A program made the translations under genes and the position numbers. The notes under the pieces are model-generated. The model ran no database searches and was not told the DNA's origin. It worked only from the letters and a program-made list of their open reading frames with translations. Of a DNA stretch of 64,000 nucleotides, positions 40,201-52,200 are shown piece after piece (within the stretch, counting starts at the first letter, position 1; every line of letters begins with the position of its first letter). The stretch comes from Pavona decussata (lineage: Eukaryota), in assembly GCA_977016875.1 (NCBI GenBank), contig CDRNST010000166.1, forward strand, positions 2,046,001-2,110,000, in the 5' to 3' direction.

Positions 40201-43200
40201 CAGTGGCAGTGCATTGGAATGTTGTGTTATCACCTTCAATAACCGTTTGGTTGGTTGGCCATATGAGTAAACTTGGAGCATCTGTAGGAGGAAAGAATTG
40301 TTCTTAGGTTCCACGATTTTTCCACCAGTTCTCAGCTTAACTTGATTTGTCATTTAACCACCAAGACATAAACAAAAGACAAACGGCACACATTGTTTGA
40401 TGAAAATTTCGCAATTTGAAACCTGTCTAGTGTAATTGATTGCATTTGAAATTAGGCTGACTTTTACATTGGTGCCTTGGTAGCTGATAGGTTGAATAGA
40501 AGCGGATCACAAACTTTCTGCCAGATTGAATATGGGTATTGGAAGAGAGAAACAAACTGTACTGTACTGTATGGTATTCTGTATTGCATCCCTTTTTGAT
40601 GATCCTGACGAATAACACGACGTTCTTACTTACACAGGATGTTAAGCGTAGCACTGGCATTGACAGTTACGTTAAGGCCATTTTCAGCTAAACACCAGTA
40701 TTTTCCTGTATGATTCCTCAGCGTCTCAAGACGCAGTTTCTCTCCATCACCCAATACCTCCCCATCTTTGCTCCAGGTTATCTTAGCAGTTGGGTTGCCT
40801 TTGGCAATGCAGTGCAGTGTTACAATCTCTCCTTCAATGGCTTCCCGATCCTCTGGAATCGTTGTCAATTGTGGTGGAACTGCGAAAGACACGAGCTTTT
40901 TACTTTTTTATTTAAACAAATATTTATAGATGTCCAATTCAGCAGGACTGGGGCTAGATTCACGCAGCCCTCAATTAAGATGTATCCTTAACGCTGTTTT
41001 TTTTTTTTTTTTTTTTTTAACAAAAGACTATTATTATAGTGACATGGGGCTATTTTCAAGTACAATACTAACTAAAGGATATTTAGAAAAAAAAATTAGC
41101 TTTAAGGATCCAAAAAATAAATTTTAGCGTGCAAGCTTTCGACTCCTTCACGAAATCGTATCCTTAGTATTTTTTATCATTATATAAACACCAGTGAAAT
41201 ACCACGAAAACATATCTTTACACGTGAAAATAACATGTTATCTTCACACGTGAAAAGATCACCGCTGCTATGGTTACATAATAAATCGTGCCTTTTGCAA
41301 TGATTTGGTATTTCATTGGTGTTTATATAATAGACAGAACATTACATGGCCGCTTGGAGATACGAAATTTTTCTTCGAGTGTTAAAAAATATTTCACGAG
41401 TGAGCGCAGCCTAATTTTCATCCTAGTACTATACACTAAGAATTGTGGCCTAATTTTCATCCTAGTAGTATACATACTGAATTTGTCCTAATTTTCATCT
41501 TAATACTATACACTATGAATTTTGGCCTAATTTTCATCCTAGTAGTATACACTATAAATTTGGCCTAATTTTCATCTTAATACTATGCACTATGAATTTT
41601 GGCCTAATTTTCATCCTTGTAGTATACACTATGAATTTGGCCTAATTTTCATCTTAATACTATGCACTATGAATTTTGGCCTAATTTTCATCCTTGTAGT
41701 ATACACTATGAATTTTGGCCTAATTTTTATCCTAGTAGTATACACTGTGTAATTTGCATAGTGTATATTCTATACACTATGCTTTTTGGACTTATTTTCA
41801 TCCCTTAACAAATAAAGAAGCCTCGACTGTGCTCTGTTCTGTTGTAAAGCACGCAGGAAGCGGCGAGAGCACGAAAGAAGTGTAGGGGGAAACACGAGAC
41901 GTAGTCGAGTGTTTCTCCCTACTTGTTGAGTGCTCTAGCCGCTTCCTAAGTGCTTTACAACAGAACAGAGCACAGCCGAGGCTTCTTTATTTGTTTTATG
42001 ATAAAGAATTCTTTTATTTCCCCTAGCATTCACCCTCATTTTCAAAACCAACTTCATTTTCCGAACGAACAGATCTGGCGTCAGCGTGCATCTGTACTCT
42101 GATAAAGCACGCTAAAATAAGCCAATCACAATCCTTGTTAGAATGTTTCAAATGATTTGATTGGATGAACAACACGACAGCCGTCAGACATGTCAAAACA
42201 AGGCATCAAAGTTTACAAACTTTGCTCAGATCGCTCAGTTCGAATGTAACGCCAGTAGCGTTAGCGCTTCTTCAGTTTTCCCTTTCAAAAATCAGGATGG
42301 AAAAGTAAAATGTTCATTGAAATCAGGTGGATTTGTGGCGCGTGAAAATCTGGACGTCATCAACATGGCAATTCAAAAACAAACTGCTTTAAAGCTTGCG
42401 GCCGGTAATAAATCAACTGCTGCGCTGTGTTTTGTGAATGAACAACAGTCGAATTCACGGGAGCAAGAGGAGTGTTCGAACTGTTGACACCGTTAGGAAA
42501 TGGCTGCTGTGACTGCTGTGGCTTCCCACTCAATGCTCCAGAGAGGATATCTGAACAAGCTGTAAGTTGTTCACTCGAAGGGCGAGCGTTGTAATTTCTG
42601 AGGCTTGCTTCATTGCGGTGAGCGGAGGTGGCCATGATGCGGCGTGATAGCACTTGCACCAAAAATGTAAGGATCTTGTAAGCTTATATACTTGTGTATT
42701 CCTTAGCTAATTAAATTTTGAGTTCTCTCAATTTTTTGTTTGATCTTTTTGTACGAGAATATAGCTAACGAGCGTTTAGGGACCTTTTAACACTTGCTTA
42801 AGCTTGTGACATTTTTACACCTTTCGTTCTAAAACTTGAGCTGTCCATTTTATGCTATCTTTGGTGTTTATCGTCTCTGCCTTCGATGTAATTTCGACCA
42901 TTTCGTCGGTTGACATGACTGTTTGCAAATCTCTGTTTGTTTATATTTCTACTTGGCTCTGTGTTTTAGTCGCTAACTTCTTCGGAAACCTCACTTTCAA
43001 TCACCGTGTTATTTGTACTGTTTTTTTTTTTTTTTTTACCTTATATGCGCACAGGATGGTCTATGGCCAGCTCGTTTACGTTTTCTAGGTTATNNNNNNN
43101 NNNNNNNNNNNNNNNNNNNNNNNNNNNNNNNNNNNNNNNNNNNNNNNNNNNNNNNNNNNNNNNNNNNNNNNNNNNNNNNNNNNNNNNNNNNNNNNNNNNN

Positions 43201-46200
43201 NNNNNNNNNNNNNNNNNNNNNNNNNNNNNNNNNNNNGGGAATTTCACAAACGGCTTGATGGCGTGACACCGTTGCTCCGTGCATCTGTACTCTGATAAAG
43301 CACGCTGTTTCAACCAATCAGCGCGCGATCGAAATTTTATTATAAAATACTATACACTATGAATTTTGGCCTAATTTTCATCCTAGTACTATACACTATG
43401 AATTTTGGGATAATTTGAATCCTTATACGATAGACTAAGAATTTAAGACTAATTTCCATCCTAATACTATAGACTATGTATTTTGGACCAGTTTTCATCC
43501 TAATACCATACACTTTGAATTTTGGCCTAATTTTACTTCTAATACTATACACTATGATTTTTGGACAAATTTCCATCCTGATACTATACACTTATTTTTG
43601 GCTTTTGATGGCTTTTATGGAGTGATGGATGTGTTGCTATTTAAGTTTAGACTAATTTTTACCCCTCTACTATTCACTCTAAATGACGGCGGTGTTATTA
43701 TTAGTTTAGCTTAATATTTAAGCTAATACTATATACTCGAATGGCTGTTTCAGACTAATAATGGTCTAGTAGTCTAGTCTAGTCTAGTCTAGTCTATTTT
43801 TTATTCTAATACAATGCACTCCAATTTTCGTCATTTTATAGTTTTTGGGGAGCGATAGCTGGGTTGGTATAAGTTTAGACTAACTATTATGCTAATACTA
43901 TACACTCTAATTTTCGATTTTTATAGTCTCATGGGGTGAAGGTGGTGTTGGTACTATATTAGACATTTTTATCCTAATATTTTACACTCTAAATGATGGT
44001 GGTGTTGGGATTAGTTTACATTAATTTTTATCTTAATACTATACACTCTAATTTTCGATTTTTATAGCCTCGTGGGGTGAAGGTGGTGTTGGTATTAGAT
44101 TAGACTAATATTTATCCTAATATTTTACACTCTAAATAATGGTGGTGTTGGGATTAGTTGACACTAATTTTTATCCTAATACTATACACTTTAATTTTCG
44201 CTTTTTCTCGCTTTTTTGGAGTGTTACTGGTGTTGGTATAAGTCCAGCCTTTTTTTTTTTTTACCCTATTACTTTACAATCTAATTTTTGGCTTTTTATA
44301 GCTTTTAGGGGGTGATGGTGTGGTTGGTTTTTAGTTTAGACTTATTTTTCATCCCAATACTATACACTCTTATTTTAGGCTTTTTCTGGCTTTTTTGAAG
44401 AGATGGTGGTATTGGTATAAGTGTAGCTTATTTATCTTAATACTATACGCTCTAATTTTTTGGCTTTTTATAGCTTTATTGGCCTAATGGATGTGTTTGT
44501 ATTAGTCTAGCATCCTACTAGTATAGTACTTATCCCACTTCTTTAAGAAGGCTAAATAAAGAACGTTTGTTAACTATCGAATAGCACCAGAAGGTTGTCG
44601 AGAACAAGACAGGAACTGGAATAGAAAACAGTATCATAAAGTCGATTCTAACCTTGTACATTTAGCAATGCACTGACGGAATCCGTGCCCTTGAAGTTTA
44701 CAGCCTTGCAAGTGTAGTTTGCTGCGTCTTGGCTGTTGTCTACCTTCTTTATAACCAATGTACCATCCTCCTCCAGCTTGTAGCGGCTGTTCTCGTCATA
44801 CGTTAGTAGATCACCTTCTCTGTACCACTGGAATGAAGGGCGAGGTGCGGCCGATGGTTGACATGGCAACCTGGCTTCTTTCTTATTCAGCACATTAAAG
44901 GGACCAAATTGGACGTCATCAAATGATGGCTTCCAAACTGAAGGTACGAAAATACATTGACATAAAATCGAACTGTCTGACTAAACGACTCAATAACCTG
45001 AAAGAGTGTATGACACCCGTCCCCTCCCCTTCCCAGCTTCCTTGAGAAATTCAAGAGTAATAAGACTTGTAAGGTATACAGTGACTTCGAAGCTGTTTCC
45101 TCTAGAATCCACAAAATGTATGATAACGTCACATGACGTCATTAGACTTCGTTATCTCAGTACAGCTTCCATATTGGATTTTGTTTTTCCAGGCATCGAA
45201 AAATCAACAAAATTGATTCAAAAGTTATCCAAACTACCGAGAGAAACACTGAAAATGCTAGCAAACAGACAATTTTAAAACAAAACCTCGAAATCTGTCA
45301 TTAAAACCAAAAATCTTGTATAAAATGCGGCTGCCAAGCAAAATATCAAATTACGTGACCGGTAACATGTCATACTCCAATTTTCAAGATAGATTTCAAA
45401 AAAAGTTCAGTGGCAGTTTGTGGCTTCCTGCTTCCAACTTTTTTACTCCAACCCCAAACTTAATCAAATCTGAATTAATCATGCATCACTCTACATCACT
45501 AACTCAACGTTTTTGTTCGGTTTTCGAGATAAAGACATCCGCTTTGCGTCCTTTTAGGATGGACGATCCTAAAAACGATATAGAAAGTCATGCACCTCAA
45601 AACGAAAATTAATTATTGTGGATGAGGCCTTAACCAGGAAAGTTTGCTCCACCTTGTCTCACTCTATTCAAGAAAATGTATAAATTTGAAATAGAGAACA
45701 GGTTCAGTAGCCTAATTACTAAAATGCTGAGGAGGAGGGTTGACAGCGTTCCGCTGGATTAAAAGAGCGAGTTCAGTTGCTGACGTTTGAACGTCCAGTG
45801 GACAAAGTGTCACTTACCTAATACACTGACTGAGGTGAATGAAATAATCATTCCATGTGTATTTACAGCTTCGCACTGGTACATCCCAACTTCATCAAGA
45901 GTAACATCAATCAGATGTAACTTGTGGCCATCCAGGTTGTGATTTCTATGATCGTAGAAAAATATAACAAAAAGTAAAGCATCAGAGAGAAACAATAAAG
46001 AATTATTGTTCTCAAAGTCATTAACAATTCATGAAGAGAAAATGAAGGAACTCACTACCGTGAAGGAGGTTTGGAAAAGTGATCTTAATTATCATAAAAT
46101 TTGGTGAACTTTCACTTGGAATTTCTCCAAGAATTATTAATTGTTCGAGAAGCCACATCAAACGCTCGAAAGAGGTCTTCACCCGATGTTGAACTCTTTC

Positions 46201-49200
46201 GAGTGTTTGATATTATATCGAACTTCATTGAGCTTTTTTAGAAAAGCGGGCATGAAACAAACACGAGAGTCGGCAAGAGCTCAATTTCTGTTTCTTGTTT
46301 CATCGCTCGCTCCCCTAAGCTCTATTTTTAGCAAAATAACTTCTACCCACTTTCATACGATTGGTGATTAATTTCCATGTGCTCCTCCTTACCACTTTGA
46401 AGGGTGGTCTGATTCAATTCCATCGATCTATCTGTGCGCTCATCAACTCTAGCTCACAGCGCTGAATTCAACTGATGTGTTGTCAACTCTCCCACGCGTT
46501 CTCAGTAACTCTCATTCAACTTGCTCAGAGACGTTTCTGACTAAATGACGCCATTCTTACACGATGTTATTTTGGTCAACATTTCATAAAACTAAACGAA
46601 TTAACCGCTTAGTTCTCAAGTCGACTAAGAACTTCCGAAAGTCATGCACAGCATTGGAAGATTCAAAAACAATTTCCCCTTACAATGTTAAAATTTTCAG
46701 TTTATTCTCTTAACGTCCCCAGCTCGCTAAGGTTATGATCCTATCTTCACGTGATAACTTCACCGATCAGCAGACCCGGCCTCAGGTTTCGCATGGACAG
46801 CGAGAGAAGAGAGAACATTCAAGTACGAATTGGACTCAAATGCCTTCGATAGGTCACTTGAAGTACAATTAACATGTAACACAACCCCCGCCCCCTGTGG
46901 ACGGGTTTTAGTTGAGCAGTTACCAAATCACTATCCTTAAGACAAAACTTACTTTGAAGATTCAAGCGGTCTTCCATCTTTGTACCACGTGACGTTCGGT
47001 GCAGGGTCTGCATCCACGTTACATTCCATTGTCTTGTTGTACTCTATGACAATGTCGATCTTTTTGGGTGGAGGAAGTGGGTTCCATTTTGGAGGAACTG
47101 ACAAACCAAAGAAAAAAATTTAAGCGTATATATTTATGTGTACATTCGGATGAGAGAATAACGAGAGTAGTATATGAACTTGTGCTATAGTGACGAACGA
47201 ATGAAAGAAAATCACGCTGGCATGATCGAGGTGAAAATCCTTCAAACTCTTTCGTACTGAGACCGTCCTTGTCAACTAAAAGCTGGTTTCCAGTAGGTAG
47301 CGAACATGGTTCTTTTTGGTATTAAAAAAAACGGAATCCAGGAATGAAGGTACTTGCTACTGGCTCAAACGTGAGAATACACCTATCTATATAAACGGAT
47401 CCCCATTCCTTTTCCTAAATGTTGAGTCAAACAGGTTTGCTGTTGCGAGCCACTATTGGAGAAGACGCAGGGTCACACAAACATTTTAAGGCCCGTTTAA
47501 GCGGTCTCAACATTTTCCCAACATTCGCTCAACAAAAGTTGAACGGATGTTGGGCAAATGTTTGATGAATGGAGTGTTCAAACGGTTTCAGCGCCATTCA
47601 CCATTTTCAAGAACAAAGGAAATGTTGAATCGATGTTGAATAAAAGTTTGAACCAATTTAAATTTCATTCAACACACTTTCAACCAGGTTTCAACATCTT
47701 TTGACGCTTTCAACAATATTGAATGATCTGTCCAAACGTCCCCGACATTTGGTTCAACAACTGTGTTGAACGCATGTTGAAGCCGTTTAAAACGGGCCTT
47801 TAGCTGCGTGTATAGCAAAATCAGGACCGCTCATGGGAACCCATCAGAATACTCTTTTTCATCCGGGACCACTACAGACGTATTATGAAGTGCATTAGAA
47901 CCAGTTAAAACGCTGCACCTCTCATGCAACAAAACTATCGATACGGTAACGGTTCGTCAGTGCATAAATAAATTATAATTATAAATTAATACATTATAAT
48001 AAATTATGTATAACTTATTATAATGTATTTCTACACATGATGAGGCTCCAAAATGACTGGCGGCGAGGCTAGTCAAATTTGCGCGCGAAAAAAAAAAGTT
48101 CGACGCATTTCGTTTCGGCACAAAGTACGCAGCCCTACTTGCCACGTCAAAATGGAACTCAGCTGTATTAGGTTATTCGCATGAGGAGTACAGTCTCTCA
48201 TTCCGGCCTTATCTAAAAATTTAAAAATGGGCTTATTTATCAGTTAGATACTTTTTGAGAATTACGTGACACGTTGTCCTTGTTAGGTTGAAAGTAACGT
48301 CGCCGATTACCTTCCACTTTCAGATAAGTGCTAAAGGAGAGTAGACTTTCTTCGTTCAAAGCATTCACAGCTTCACAAGTGTAAGTGCCCTCGTGTTCTT
48401 CCTTGTCGACATTCTGAATGAAGAGAAGTCTCCCAAAAAAGGAGCGCGAAATAATGAAAGAGTTCTCATTGTTTCCAATCCTCTGACCATCCTTTTTCCA
48501 TGTGATTTCAGGTGATGGTCTAGTACAAAAAGAAGCGCAACATTCAGTGAAGTAAAAAGGTGGACAATTATTTTAGTAGTTCTCATAAGGTCTCAGGCAA
48601 CCCTTCTAGCATACAATAGAACAAACCCTAAAAACCACAACGGCTGCTACACAACTGAAACCATTTCAAGCTTACGAGAGCTGCTATAGTACTGAAAAAG
48701 GAACATGTAGTTGGCTGAAATATTCATTGGTGATCTTTAAAATTAAAGGATTAAGCGCTAGCGTTACTTTTATGTGATGCTGCATATGTTTTGTTTGTGG
48801 TAAGTCTCAACTTAACATTAGAAAATACGATCTTGTCGTGTGAACACTTAAGGACGGTGCCTTCAAAAACAGAGATATTTATGCACAATTTATAATTATT
48901 GCTATGCGTGTAATCAGATCTTAGCAAGGGCTGTTCGAATCCAAGAAGAAAATTGGGGAAAACCAGGCATTTTTTAGAGATAATTAAGCGACAGTAACTC
49001 TGGACTAGAGTCCTCACTGCATATGTCTAAAAAAATCTCATCTGCTACTACTAACCTCCCTGAAGAAAAGCAATACAAAGACTTATTTCGTCCTTCTACA
49101 GCAGTTTCTTCCGCTTTTGGTGTCGCAGACCAGGACGGTAGAGTAGAGTTTTCAGAATCTGTTCAAGGGGAACGATATACAATAGTATTAAAAATATTCT

Positions 49201-52200
49201 TTTAAATTCAATCTTGAGTCATTACAGCAATGCTAATGCTGGGTCAACGGTGTTGGGCCACAAAATTTGCCCTTGAGGAAAGTCATCTGGTTTGTTCAGC
49301 CACTGGTTTCATTCTATATGAAGTCGCCTCTTACGCCTCACTTTATCCATCGACCACCAAATGAATACCTGAATTTTGCACACGCAGTTTCTCCTCGCCA
49401 CTCCCCCCATCACCTTCCCCCTCCCCACCTCCTTTCAGGCAGAGTGGCGTTCACCAACCGTCATAGATGATCAAAATTCTATTTTGGTTCACCTGTTTGA
49501 ACTTTGCCAATCTTCTTCAGCCTCAGGGTCCCAGATTCCCGAAATGAATTAGCACCAGTGATGATGCACTTTATGCCCTTGTAAGACTCTATCTCGTTGA
49601 TGTCTTCTTGTGTCAAGGACGTTATAAACAAGGTACCATTGCTTGAGATTGATCGGCGATCGTTTCTGGCGAATGTGTGACGTCCATTGCTATCAGAATT
49701 TCCCCAGCTAAACACGACACCATAGCTGTATTCATGAGGTGGACAATCGTAGACGAAAGGTTTACCAAGAGTGACATTCACGACTTCATCCTTTGGACTG
49801 ATAAATTTCCCGACAACTACAAGGAAAAGAAAGACGATTGCTATGACCACCTTTAGCAGCATAAAAAGCAGTAAGCAGCATCACATTGTAGGATTTCATT
49901 CACAGACTCAAAAGTTATATATAACCAATTGTTCTTTATGTGTATGTAACTTACTAGTAGCACTGCTGGAAAGAGCACCTTAACTTTATAAAAAAAAGTC
50001 CAAGTTTGTGAGTCTTGTCTTGCAAAATAGTGAAGCTATAGTCTCGTTGAATCTGAAAATTTTATAGAGTCGACGTTCGTATGGAAACGAGAAAGTTTTG
50101 CCCGTCTCATAATATACATAACAAAACTCTATTTATACTCGAGGACCTGGAGTTTATTAGGCTCCTAGCTTAAGTAGCTAATAAGTCGAGTTTAGAATAA
50201 CTATCAAATGAAATAAAACAAATAAACAAACAAATTAATCAAAATTAAAAGGCTATTTACATCATGATACGATATCATTTTTACAAATAGTGCCACTAAA
50301 ATTGAAATATCAACGACAGTCTAACAGTGGCACAGAGAGCAGTTACATACGTCAAAGGTAATCTTTCTGGCGCGTGATACAATTTTTTTAAGGGTTGGAG
50401 AAGTCTTAGCCCATCATTTAGAGAGTTCCAGATTTTTGGTTCGTAGTACCTAAAAGTGTTTAGTCCATATTTGGTAGCAATAACTCAAGGTTGCACAAGA
50501 AACAATTCGCCCCGTAAGCTACGTGATTTACTTCTAAGCGTCAGTAGAGTACGAGGTGGAGTAGGTGTTGTTCCATGAATGACTTTATAGATAAGAATAC
50601 ACATGTCCTGGACTCCATACAAACGTTTGCAAAAATTTAAATGTTTAGGAAACTAAATCTTCGCTATTCTAAAAGGTAAGACTCTCGACCTCGGCCTTTT
50701 TGCTAACTTAAAGGTGCTCTTTCTAGCAAATAAATATGGTTCGCTCATATGAATATTACTGCCCAATAGGTTTCATTTCCATGTACACAAGTTACGATGT
50801 TCCTCTAAGGCTCCGAGAATAAATCGTCGTTAAATTGTTGGAAATAGTGTCTAAATTTCAAATCCTAGGTTAAAAGTGTACATTTTAGTGTTCTAAAAAT
50901 CGTATATGGCTATCACTAATCCTCGCGTTTAAATTTCCAGCGCGTCGACACTTAGAATATTATGACGTCATAAGGTTGCCGTTATCGCCACAAGTAGACG
51001 TTCTTTTGTGTAGAATAATTGGGCAACCGTATAAAAATAAGGCAAAAAAGAAAGACAATAAAATCAAATTTTTAGAACACAAAAATGCTGTCTCCACCTT
51101 TTAAACTAAGCTTTGAAATTTAGAGACAACAACAATTTCTGTTTAATTTGTTGTAAGAGTCGAGGCTTCCTTTAGAAACAGTACAAAACTCGGGGCAAAT
51201 GATGCTTTCAAACTATTAAAATAGCTTTCATATTAATCGGCTCATACTTCAGGATGCATCCACAGCCTCTAAACTGGGAACCACCTTAATAAACATAACA
51301 AACCATAATTAAACTGTACCACAAAGAGGAACTGCAAAATGTATGAAAGTTTGTTTAAGTGAAGACAGTTGTTGTCGTAGCATTTTTTTAAAATTATTTT
51401 GTGCTCTTATTGTTAAAAATTAACTGCGTAATTATCCACCCTTCTCGATTAGTCATGCCTTTTTCAGCTGGAGAAATCGTTCTAAATTTCTTACCTTAAA
51501 TAAAGTTTGTCTTTCGTTGTTATTAATAGAAAGAAAGGAATAAAATTTCTCAACAAATACAGAACTGCAGTTGTATTTTGCAGTGCAACTCCAAGCAACT
51601 CCCACACTTTAAGCTATACATACCGGTAACTGCAACTTTGAGCTTCCTGCTGAACGCTTCAGCACCAGTTTTCTCATCCTTCACAAAGCACTGATAGGTG
51701 CCACCGTCAGTAGCTAATAGATAGTTTCCTATCAAGGTACCGTCTTCGAGGAGGGTGTAGCGACTGTCATTGTAAGCCTCAATTTCTTTACCATTGTGTT
51801 TCCAGGTCCATTTTAAGTTTGATCCATTAGCGTTGCACGGGAGTCTAAAGGCTTCTGTAGCGTTAAATTTGACTTCCTCTGGATTAACCAAGTCCTTGGA
51901 CAGAAAATTTGTTATCACTGGAGGGCTGCTTTCACCTGAAACCGAGAAAAAACAGTTCAAATTAAAGGTCTTTTCCTTATTGCGGTAATTCCACCAGTTA
52001 CATAATTATCATAATCAACTAACTATTTGTCTACCTAACTACAATTATAAGAGTAAAAAAACTAAAAATGAAACAATAAATGCTGCTTTTCTTGGAGGCC
52101 GTGTTTCAAATCTTACCTAAATCTGTGGCGACTTAATTTAGCCTTACTCAGAACTAAGCACCGACACCCAGATTTCGTTAGTGTGGAATTGAATATGTGT

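Larger units (their letters stand above)
41410..44525. repeat. ~39-bp minisatellite (ctaattttcatcctagtagtatacactatgaattttggc), interrupted by a ~1.5-kb element and an N gap, degenerating into longer units toward 44.5 kb
   Basis: About 10 units at 41410-41804, resuming at 43345. Confidence 0.9.

Noticed and set aside
12251-40633. Recurrent C-K-stop / C-E-stop endings suggesting secreted Cys-tailed isoforms
   Set aside because: These are simply T|GTAAGT donor read-through into AT-rich introns; I have no evidence for intronic polyadenylation.
12262-40879. V(D)J-like somatic rearrangement segments, or many separate small Ig genes
   Set aside because: No RSS heptamer/nonamer pattern, signal peptides or individual promoters seen. 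Each unit has ordinary splice sites, and the ORF-track start codons are artefacts of exon-flanking sequence.
13501-40991. Plus-strand ORFs overlapping array exons
   Set aside because: Antisense shadows of the Ig exons with no independent protein signature.
41410-41804. Regular ~39-bp repeats resembling a CRISPR array
   Set aside because: Head-to-tail units with no unique spacers, inside a eukaryotic intron, and no cas genes: a minisatellite.
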